Source of the DNA: an uncultured Lachnospiraceae bacterium
Lineage (GTDB): Bacteria; Bacillota; Clostridia; Lachnospirales; Lachnospiraceae
Assembly: GCA_910583895.1 (NCBI GenBank)
Contig: CAJTYJ010000018.1
Location: forward strand, 251-64,250
Reading direction: 5' to 3'
DNA: 64,000 nucleotides
The notes below the pieces were generated by a model that saw nothing but the letters and a program-made list of their open reading frames with translations, was not told the origin of the DNA and ran no database searches. The first letter of the stretch is position 1, and each line of letters starts with the position of its first letter. Made by a program: the position numbers and the translations under genes. Of the stretch, positions 8,988 through 16,657 are shown in pieces.

Positions 8988-9344
8988 ATGAATAACCAAT
9001 GGAAAAACGAAGTAATGGAAAAAGTGAATGAGCTTCTAAAAGCACCTTCCTGCTGCGCGGAAGCAAAGACAGCAGCCCAGAACTGGCTTGATGCTGTGGG
9101 AACGGATAAAGAATCCGATGCTGCCCGCCATTTTATCGCAGAGCTTGAGATGGATATCATGCCTGTGGACGGACTCATTGCTTTTGCCGACTCACCCAAA
9201 GGAGAACAGGTGTTTGGTGCAGAGACTGCCAAAAAAGTAGCTGCGCACGGCCGGGAACTGAAAGCTGCAGGTGCAGCATACTGCGACTGTCCCGCATGTG
9301 CAGCAGCGGAAGCAATCCTTGCAAAAAAAGAAGCGCTTCTGTAA
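8988..9344 (+). CDS. Cys-rich hypothetical protein (118 aa)
   Basis: AAAGGAG RBS. Contains CC (APSCCAEAK) and CDCPAC motifs. Translationally close-coupled to the 4Fe-4S protein gene. Confidence 0.6.
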   Translation: MNNQWKNEVMEKVNELLKAPSCCAEAKTAAQNWLDAVGTDKESDAARHFIAELEMDIMPVDGLIAFADSPKGEQVFGAETAKKVAAHGRELKAAGAAYCDCPACAAAEAILAKKEALL

Positions 9345-9365
9345 CGCAATCGGATATTCTGAAAT

Positions 9366-9436
9366 AAGGAGAGGCCGCAATGAAGTCCGCCGGAACACCC
9401 GGCAGGACCTCATTGGCAGCCCCTCCTTTTGCTTTT
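9366..9436. terminator. Long compound hairpin terminator
   Basis: Outer arms AAGGAGAGGC / GCCCCTCCTT, with inner GTCC-GCCGG-aacac-CCGGC-a-GGAC. TTTTGCTTTT follows on the plus strand. Lies between convergent genes. Confidence 0.55.
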
Positions 9437-9454
9437 CAATCCTTTTCCTCTGGA

Positions 9455-9775
9455 TCATGCAAACCGGTCTATATACCTTCCAACAGACCCATCTAAGGGA
9501 CTCCGGGATGGATAGCCCGGGCCCTTGGTGTCTTCTTTATCGTCCTCCTTTCGTCTCTTCTTTTTTAACTGCTCGATCTTCTGTTTGACTTGTTCGATCT
9601 GCTTTTCTAACTCTTTCACCTTTTCTTCGTCGTGGTTCTGAACCGCTTTCTTTTTTTCTTGATGAAGTTTTTGGAGTTTCTGTTCCAGAGTCTTCAGCTG
9701 CGGATCCCCTCCGCTTCCCGAAAGATGGACTGGGTCCATGGACAAATCGCCAAAACCAACCGCCTGTATTCCCAT
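9455..9775 (-). CDS. Hypothetical coiled-coil protein (FlxA-like?)
   Basis: 106 aa. Q/K/E heptad region (LEQKLQKLHQEKKKAVQ...IEQVKQKIEQLKKKRRKED), with GGAGGAAAC upstream of the ATG. The family call is weak. Confidence 0.45.
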   Translation of the reverse strand: MGIQAVGFGDLSMDPVHLSGSGGDPQLKTLEQKLQKLHQEKKKAVQNHDEEKVKELEKQIEQVKQKIEQLKKKRRKEDDKEDTKGPGYPSRSPLDGSVGRYIDRFA

Positions 9776-9902
9776 ATCGGTTTCCTCCTGTCTGCATTTT
9801 AGTTTACTCTTTTTATATCGCCCTGCTTTTTTGTCCCATTGCAGAAATGATGCAAAAGGATATTTTCCCGTTGTGAAACAGCTGTGTACTTTACACAGAC
9901 GG

Positions 9903-11273
9903 TTAAGTCTTAGGAATAGTCAAAAAAATCTGCAGCCGATACACTCCTTCAGATACCGTATTCTTAACGGTTCCGTGATATTTTGCCGCGACTGCCCGAA
10001 TGTTGGAAAGGCCGATTCCATCTTCCGGTACACGGGTCAGTTCCTTTGCACAGCGATTCTCTGCCATCAGCAGATAAAAGTTCCCCTTTTTCCGACTCGC
10101 CAGATTAATCTGCCTTTCTTCCTTTGGCAATTCGGTGCAGGCTTTGACGGCGTTGTCCAGTGCATTGGATAAGAGGATGCACCAGTCCATGTCTTTGACC
10201 ATATTTTGTGCGGGTATCTTAAGCTCACAGCGGATCCTTATGTCTTTTTGCTCTGCCAACAGAAGTTTACTTCCCAGCAGGGCGTCCACGGCTGCGTTGC
10301 CTGTGCAGACCGTACAGGACAGCGCTGCTGCCGTCTCATCCAGATGGGCCAGATAATCACACGCCCGGTCTGTCTCTCCCGCCCTGAGAAGCTCCGCCAG
10401 CACCGTCAGATGATTTTTGATATCGTGCCGGAAGGCCCGGGTCTTCTGGTCACGCAGGACTGCTTCCTGCAGGTAGATCTCCTGTTCTGCCGCCTGCTGT
10501 TCCAGCAGAAGGACTTTCTGCTCGGCCTGAAGGATTTTAAGGATTTTCTGGTATGCATATAAGGTCAGCAGCAGACAGACACAGGCAAAGATCTGCAGAA
10601 ACAAGAGTTCTCCATGCCGGATATTTTGCACGGAAAGGATCTCACCGGTGCCAGCGTCAACCCAGAATTCATCTCCGTAGATCATGGTCTGTATAATCCG
10701 CACCACCAATGAAATAAAAAAGACAGGGATTGTCAGCTGCAGATGTGCCTGCCGGCTGGTACTTGCCATGCTCTGCCGGAAATGGCTCAGAATAAAGACA
10801 GACAGGGCACATACCAGAAGCAGGCGAAGACATTCTCTTACTGTGTCAGACGGATAAACCCATTGCTCATGTTCCAGTATAAAAGGCAACAGGATCCGGT
10901 AGCCGATCCAACTTGTGACCCCGCTGCCAACGCTGACCACCGAATGAATCAAAACCGACAGGGTCAGTGCTTCCAGAGGCTTTCTTTTCAGCAGTACACA
11001 GCCGCATCCGGCAAGCAGTCCAATCTCCATGATCAGTCCAAGACTCCCCTGCAGACGGTACCTAAGCTCCATCACTCCAATGCAGGCGGACAATATCGTA
11101 TAACAGCATCCAAAAAGCAGCCGGAAAGGGATTTTGCAGTAACTGCAGAAAAAAAAGAAAATCGTAAAAGGCAGCAGTACATAGGCCAGCAGACCAGGAG
11201 CTGCCATATACCACAAGGATCCCATCAGAAATCCATTTATCCAGTTCATTCTGTGCTCCCTTCTGTTACACAC
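9903..11273 (-). CDS. AgrC-like (HPK10, GHKL ATPase) membrane sensor histidine kinase
   Basis: About 6 N-terminal TM helices. The phospho-acceptor region is RAFRHDIKNHL, and the C-terminal GHKL region has LLSNALDNAVKA and GIGLSNI. Alternative start at 11249 (MNWINGF). Confidence 0.85.
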   Translation of the reverse strand: MCNRREHRMNWINGFLMGSLWYMAAPGLLAYVLLPFTIFFFFCSYCKIPFRLLFGCCYTILSACIGVMELRYRLQGSLGLIMEIGLLAGCGCVLLKRKPLEALTLSVLIHSVVSVGSGVTSWIGYRILLPFILEHEQWVYPSDTVRECLRLLLVCALSVFILSHFRQSMASTSRQAHLQLTIPVFFISLVVRIIQTMIYGDEFWVDAGTGEILSVQNIRHGELLFLQIFACVCLLLTLYAYQKILKILQAEQKVLLLEQQAAEQEIYLQEAVLRDQKTRAFRHDIKNHLTVLAELLRAGETDRACDYLAHLDETAAALSCTVCTGNAAVDALLGSKLLLAEQKDIRIRCELKIPAQNMVKDMDWCILLSNALDNAVKACTELPKEERQINLASRKKGNFYLLMAENRCAKELTRVPEDGIGLSNIRAVAAKYHGTVKNTVSEGVYRLQIFLTIPKT

Positions 11274-11287
11274 AATCGGCGTCGCTT

Positions 11288-12016
11288 CTACCAGGTTCCC
11301 TGATCCGGCACGGCCATTTGCTCTTCCATATATTCCATCATTTTTTTCATAAAGACCGGATGATAATTTCTAGAGACCGGAACCTGGTCTCCATTTTCCA
11401 GAACTGCAACGCCGTCCCGATACTCCGACAGATACTCCGGGTTAACCAAAAAACTGCGGTGGCACCGAATTAGATCCGGCGCTGTCTGCCGCTCAGCTTC
11501 TTTGATTCTCCCGTAATAAGTCATCACCTCGTTTTTGGTGTGTACATAGATCTTCCGATTCACGACCTCACAGTAACAGATATCCCGAAGCTTTACATTG
11601 CGGCACCAGTCTTTCGTCCGGATGGACAGATACCGTTCTTCTTTTCGACACAGACGCTTTAAACTGCGCTTCAAAGCCCGCTCCAGGCGGTTTTCATCTA
11701 CCGGCTTGCACAGATAGTCCATAGCCTCCACTTCAAAAGCATCCAGCATACATTCTTTGAGCACGGTTACAAAGATCAGAACCCCTTCAAATTCTTTCTG
11801 CCGAAGTCTTTTTGCCAGTTCGATCCCGTCCAGATTCGGCATCTGGATATCGAGAAAAATCAGATCAAAATCCAGGGGAGTACACAAAAACTGCACGGCA
11901 TTTGTATAGCAGGAAATCCGGTAATGTTCTTCCCACTGTTGAAGCCTGCATGCGACCATCTGCTTCAGGCGCTCGCACATCACCGGCTCATCGTCGCAGA
12001 CCGCAATTTTTATCAT
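11288..12016 (-). CDS. LytTR-family response regulator
   Basis: Start trimmed to MIKIAVCDDE, with GGAGGAAT upstream. Receiver domain (DLIFLDIQMP) plus a C-terminal LytTR DNA-binding domain (RCHRSFLVN). Confidence 0.9.
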   Translation of the reverse strand: MIKIAVCDDEPVMCERLKQMVACRLQQWEEHYRISCYTNAVQFLCTPLDFDLIFLDIQMPNLDGIELAKRLRQKEFEGVLIFVTVLKECMLDAFEVEAMDYLCKPVDENRLERALKRSLKRLCRKEERYLSIRTKDWCRNVKLRDICYCEVVNRKIYVHTKNEVMTYYGRIKEAERQTAPDLIRCHRSFLVNPEYLSEYRDGVAVLENGDQVPVSRNYHPVFMKKMMEYMEEQMAVPDQGTW

Positions 12017-12067
12017 CTTGATTCCTCCTTCTGACATTCACAGTCAGTGCTCGCCTCTCTCCCCATG

Positions 12068-12197
12068 AATCAAATACCCCGCTGCAAGCAACGGGGTATC
12101 AAACTTGCAGCGCTGCTAAGCAGCGGGGTATTTGACCCTCGCGGCAGTCGCCAAATGTCTGCAAGCAGCCACTTGGCTCGTTGCCCGCGGGAATAAA
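12068..12197. repeat. Composite palindromic intergenic repeat (long copy)
   Basis: The termini AATCAAATACCCCGCTGCAAGCA ... GCCACTTGGCTCGTTGCCCGCGGGAATAAA match the 53-bp copy at 46214-46266, which is in the opposite orientation. The internal 77 nt contains an inverted copy of the left end (CAGCGGGGTATTTGA) and several hairpins. Confidence 0.8.
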
Positions 12198-12348
12198 CAC
12201 ATTTCACCGGATATCATGCAGACAGAACACCGGTCAGATCAAGAGAACCGCTGCTCTTCTGCCTGACTATATGATACCATATATCGTTTAAAATCACCTG
12301 ATTCAAAAGTAAAATGTTGCAGAAGGAAGGTAAAATGCTGCATCTAGT

Positions 12349-14202
12349 CTAGTCTTCTCTTCTGCTCAGCAGTTTCAGCGGCTCTTTTTTCAGATTTCCA
12401 TGAATCATAAAAAGTGATAAAAGGACTGCAGCTGTCAGTACTCCAAACCCGGACGCTGCAGAAACGGCGGCGTTTAAAGAAGTATCCAGTACAATCTCTT
12501 CTGTCTCATTTCCTTCCGCCGCAATCAGTCCGCTGCTGTACAAGGTACTGTAGTGCCCGCCGCTTTCCATCCGCTGCACAGTCTCTTTGGAAAGCCGGCA
12601 GCCGGCGGTGCTTCCCAGAACACACCCTGCCGCGCTGAGCAGCACAAGTCCCGCCAGCAAAGAGACAATACAGGTGCGCGTTCCCATTCCCATGGAACGC
12701 TCGATGGCAGTTCTTCGGCACTGTCTTGTGATAAAAAGGCGGCAGAAAAACATCAATACCAGAAATGCTGTCACAATCCCCGCTGCCAGCAGGACCACGG
12801 AGATCCTTCGGATCCCGGACAGATTTTCCTGGAGATCGGTATATCCTCTGTCATAGAACTGCAGTTCGATCCCCTCCACCCCCTGCTCTTCCCACAGCTT
12901 TTGATATTCCTGGATGCTTCCGTTGGGAATGCAGAAGGATGTGTTTGCCGCATTCATGGGACCGTAGGCCGCAATGTTGTGTTCCATACTTTCTGTCACC
13001 GAACTGGCCGGAATCAGAACCTCATTTTGTCCCAGCGCATAGTCGGTACTTCTGGAACTGCCGGCAGACCAGTCATAGATACCAACCACCGTATAGTCTG
13101 CCTCAAAAAACGGCTCATAAGCTTTTCCTTCTGCGTTCAGCAGTCCGTAATCCGACCAGAACAAAAGACTGGCATCAGAAGAAGTGGTTCCGGAATAGCT
13201 GGCGAGCATCAGTGAAAGCGGCAGCTGATCGCCCACGGAAAGCTCGTTGTTTGCGGCAAAATACCGGGAGATCATACAGACTTTGCGCCCTTCTTCCTGA
13301 TCCGCCTCATCCAGCTTTCTGCCCTCGATCAGGTAGGCATCTCCCTGGTAAAAAGACATCAGAAGGTTCAGATCGCTCACCGGCGTGACCGGGACCGAAT
13401 GGTAGGTCCAGTCCAGTGCTTTGGCAAGCTCCAGCCACTTCTCCCCCGCCTTTGTCTCATAGAATCCTTCGGTCACTTCCTCATAAAATATCCCTGGCAG
13501 CGAACTCGGAATCCGGTTGCCGGACAGGTCGGTCTGGTCCGAGGAAAGCGTTCCTGCCGGAATCCATTCATAAGGATTATCCTCCCCTGTCCGCCATCCA
13601 TGAGGAATATAGTCCCGAAGATACATTACATACGTTTTTCCCGCCTCCAGAGGTTTTGGCTCCGGATTTTCATGATCACAGAAATGAAAGTCGATCAGGT
13701 TGTCCATGGGATAATAGCTGTACAGCACCTTTCCCTGATGCATCCTTATGGGACCGTCAGGGATGCTGTCCTCATAAGGCACCCCTTCTAAGACAACCCT
13801 CTGGCTGACTCCCGTATTCAGATCAAACAGGCGAAAGGAAGGGTCGTAGGCCACATAATATGGCCTTTGTTCCGGTCCGGACAGGTATTCTGCTCCGGAG
13901 AGTTCCAGCACGGAAGCCGGAATCGTTTCTCCGTATTCTTTCACCGTCCGGAAGCGGTAATCTTTGATTTCCGCACTCCATTCCTTTTCTCTTTTCACCG
14001 ACACCGGCACCTGCCTTGCTGTTCCGATGGTCAAAAAGACCTGCTCAAAACGTTCCATGTTAGCAGCGGTCAGCACATACATGCTCCCGCCCAGAGACAA
14101 AAGGAGCACCGCAAAGGTCAGAAGAAGTACAAAAAAGGCACTGATGCGGCGCATCCGCCAAAGCTGTTTCAGACTGTATCGGATCATAATCATACTGCTC
14201 AC
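12349..14202 (-). CDS. FtsX/MacB-type ABC transporter permease with a large extracytoplasmic domain
   Basis: 617 aa. N-terminal TM helix, ~430-aa external domain, and a C-terminal FtsX-type 3-TM bundle. Confidence 0.75.
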   Translation of the reverse strand: MSSMIMIRYSLKQLWRMRRISAFFVLLLTFAVLLLSLGGSMYVLTAANMERFEQVFLTIGTARQVPVSVKREKEWSAEIKDYRFRTVKEYGETIPASVLELSGAEYLSGPEQRPYYVAYDPSFRLFDLNTGVSQRVVLEGVPYEDSIPDGPIRMHQGKVLYSYYPMDNLIDFHFCDHENPEPKPLEAGKTYVMYLRDYIPHGWRTGEDNPYEWIPAGTLSSDQTDLSGNRIPSSLPGIFYEEVTEGFYETKAGEKWLELAKALDWTYHSVPVTPVSDLNLLMSFYQGDAYLIEGRKLDEADQEEGRKVCMISRYFAANNELSVGDQLPLSLMLASYSGTTSSDASLLFWSDYGLLNAEGKAYEPFFEADYTVVGIYDWSAGSSRSTDYALGQNEVLIPASSVTESMEHNIAAYGPMNAANTSFCIPNGSIQEYQKLWEEQGVEGIELQFYDRGYTDLQENLSGIRRISVVLLAAGIVTAFLVLMFFCRLFITRQCRRTAIERSMGMGTRTCIVSLLAGLVLLSAAGCVLGSTAGCRLSKETVQRMESGGHYSTLYSSGLIAAEGNETEEIVLDTSLNAAVSAASGFGVLTAAVLLSLFMIHGNLKKEPLKLLSRRED

Positions 14203-14203
14203 C

Positions 14204-15418
14204 TCAATCCTTCTGTGACAGAATCTGCATCACACTGTGTTTGCTCATGGAGACAAGCGCTGCCAGCATCCCCAGGACGCAGAACCCCACAGACATCCAC
14301 ATCACCACCAGCGAAAAAGAATGGTTCTCTGACATCACAGGCCAGGCGCACAGAGTCCCAAGCCCGCTGCCTGCCACTGCCAGAAGCAGGTATTCTGTAA
14401 AAAAGACGAGGCAGCTTTTCATCTTTCCAATCCCAATGGACCGTAAAAGCGCATATTCCGGTCTCCGGTCCTGGATGAACAGGTGTGCGGTCAGATATCC
14501 TGCTCCCGCCGCAATACAGAAAATCAGAGGCAGAAATCCCCGAAGCAGCGTCAGGCTCTCTTCGATCCGCTCTGCCGCTTTGATAAAGGTCTCATCCTGC
14601 ACCACCAGCGCGTTGCCCTCATAGTGCATCTCTGCCGCTCCTGACACCGGAAGAAGTCCCAGTTTTTGCATCTCTTCTTTAAATGCATTCAGCTTGAGCG
14701 GATTTTTCACAGTGAAAAAAAAGGAATCAGCCAGAAAAGGATACCTCGCCCGCCGGTAGCTGTCCTGCACCGCCTGAATAGGCAGAATCAGTTCCGGATA
14801 TCCCGCGCCGCTGCCTGCATCCATGACTCCCGCAATCTCATATTCGCACTGCTCCAGCGGCTCACAGAATACTTCATGATAGTCTCCGTACCGATAATAA
14901 TAAAGATCCAGAAGGATCCGGTCTCCGGTCTGATACCCTTTCTGTTCCAGAAGGGCCCGGTCCACCAGACATTTCCTTTCACCGGATGCCAGAAAGTCCA
15001 GAGTATTTCCTTCTGTCAACGTCACATCCTCCGGTTTCAGTCCGCCCGCACCTGCCAGACAGTTGACACCCCGGGCTTCAAACGGCGGAATGCTTCCCCT
15101 TCTTTTGGATCCGGATGCATCCAAATCCGCCAGAAGCTGGACCGTCACCGCCGGCTCCGCCACCGATTCCGATGCCAAAAGTTCGGTCACCAATGCCTCC
15201 TCAATCTTCAGTCCCTGATCCATGCTTCCATCCAGATTGCAGATTTTTCCGGCCACTTTTATGGCATCGGGCAAGTGCTCCCTCATCTGTTCCAGATCTC
15301 TCACATTGCCTGCGTAAAGGTGCAGAAACAGCACGGTGACCAGGCAGATCAGCATACACAACAGACTCCGTTGTCCGCAGCGTTTCAGACTGCGGACCGC
15401 CATATGAAGGTAAAACAT
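14204..15418 (-). CDS. FtsX/MacB-type ABC transporter permease
   Basis: Start trimmed to MFYLHMAVRSLKR, 1 nt after the upstream stop. N-terminal TM helix, ~270-aa external domain and a C-terminal FtsX 3-TM bundle. Confidence 0.75.
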   Translation of the reverse strand: MFYLHMAVRSLKRCGQRSLLCMLICLVTVLFLHLYAGNVRDLEQMREHLPDAIKVAGKICNLDGSMDQGLKIEEALVTELLASESVAEPAVTVQLLADLDASGSKRRGSIPPFEARGVNCLAGAGGLKPEDVTLTEGNTLDFLASGERKCLVDRALLEQKGYQTGDRILLDLYYYRYGDYHEVFCEPLEQCEYEIAGVMDAGSGAGYPELILPIQAVQDSYRRARYPFLADSFFFTVKNPLKLNAFKEEMQKLGLLPVSGAAEMHYEGNALVVQDETFIKAAERIEESLTLLRGFLPLIFCIAAGAGYLTAHLFIQDRRPEYALLRSIGIGKMKSCLVFFTEYLLLAVAGSGLGTLCAWPVMSENHSFSLVVMWMSVGFCVLGMLAALVSMSKHSVMQILSQKD

Positions 15419-15419
15419 C

Positions 15420-15998
15420 TCACGGGTCCTCCTTTTCTTTGATCTGCACATAGCAGTTGTCATATTCCCGTGTCACTTCCAGAATCACCCGGTCCACTTC
15501 CTCCCGGTTTTCATCCAGGATCTTGATATACATGGAACTGCTTATGACATCCGGAAGCGCCTCTGCCTCTTCTTCATCGCCAACCAGCCAGAAAATCGTC
15601 TTTCCCTGGGGGCTGATACAGTCTATGCCAAGAATAATAATCTCCTTTTCATAGTAATAGTTTTCCGGCAGATCCAGCTCGATCATGTAACGGTTCCTCA
15701 CCGGATCCAGTTCCAGAAGCACCCGCTCACCGGGTTTCAGAGAAATCCACTGGGCTGTTTTGGTTCCTTTGGCATAGGCCGTGATCCCCCACTTTGGCGT
15801 CTCTTCTATTTTTTCCGGAAGGACCAGGAAGGCAGAAAAAATAAGCGCCGCCATGCATACAGCTGTAAGGCTTTGTCTCACAGTCTTCTGCTGTCCGTGT
15901 CGTTTCTTCTGCTTCTCTTCCAGCTCCAGAATCCGCTTCTTTGCTTCTTCTGACAGGGAAATCTGTTCCACTGCTGTTTTCAGACGTTCATATTCCAT
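15420..15998 (-). CDS. Putative anti-sigma factor / single-pass membrane protein
   Basis: 192 aa. Short cytoplasmic helix, one TM helix (LTAVCMAALIFSAFLVL) and an extracellular beta-rich domain. It overlaps the ECF sigma gene by 11 nt. The call is based on position. Confidence 0.5.
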   Translation of the reverse strand: MEYERLKTAVEQISLSEEAKKRILELEEKQKKRHGQQKTVRQSLTAVCMAALIFSAFLVLPEKIEETPKWGITAYAKGTKTAQWISLKPGERVLLELDPVRNRYMIELDLPENYYYEKEIIILGIDCISPQGKTIFWLVGDEEEAEALPDVISSSMYIKILDENREEVDRVILEVTREYDNCYVQIKEKEDP

Positions 15999-16494
15999 CT
16001 TCTGCCACTCCTTCCTGTTCCATAATCTCTTTAAATTTTCTGCGCCCCCGTTCCAGCCGCTTCTTCATGGCCCCTTCTGTCACCTGCAGGATTTTTGCGG
16101 CTTCCCGGATGCTGTAGCCCATGACATAGTACAAAAGCAGCGCCTCCCGATGCACCCTTGGCAGCTTCAGAAGACATTCCATCATACCACGGTCTTCTGC
16201 ATTCTCATAGCTTCTTGTCAGCTGGGAAAGCTCCACCTGCGGATGTTTTCTTGCGAACAGAAGCCGGTTTTTACACAGATTGATGGTCACCCGGATCAGC
16301 CAGGCTTTCTCATGGGCCTGATCATGAAAGCCCTTTTTTCGTTCCATATATCGAATCAGAGTATCCTGCACCACATCCTCCGCATCATGGGTGCTCTGCA
16401 GCATGACGACGGCAATCCGGTAGAGCATACCGCCGTACCGGAGGAAGACCGCTTCCACGCTGCAGCATGTTTTCTTCTCATAAGGCTGCATCAC
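15988..16494 (-). CDS. ECF-type RNA polymerase sigma-70 family factor
   Basis: 168 aa. Region 2 is [14 protein letters not shown]...[13 protein letters not shown]. Region 4 HTH is [30 protein letters not shown]. Confidence 0.9.
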   Translation of the reverse strand: MMQPYEKKTCCSVEAVFLRYGGMLYRIAVVMLQSTHDAEDVVQDTLIRYMERKKGFHDQAHEKAWLIRVTINLCKNRLLFARKHPQVELSQLTRSYENAEDRGMMECLLKLPRVHREALLLYYVMGYSIREAAKILQVTEGAMKKRLERGRRKFKEIMEQEGVAEDGI

Positions 16495-16657
16495 TTATCA
16501 CTCCTTATATATAAAACAAATCACAGCACAAAAAGGTGACAGAAATACAAAAACAATGATAATATTATTCAGACAGGTCTATAATAGTAACAATTCAGAC
16601 AGACTGTCAAGCTGTCGCTTTTTACCGGTGCATGACAGTTATGGAAAGGAGCGCTCC

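Noticed and set aside
9380-9496. A 38-aa ORF with a good-looking RBS (MKSAGTPGRTSLAAPPF...).
   Set aside because: The 'RBS' and most of the ORF are the two arms of the long terminator hairpin (9366-9436). The ORF also runs antisense into the next gene, and its composition is not protein-like.
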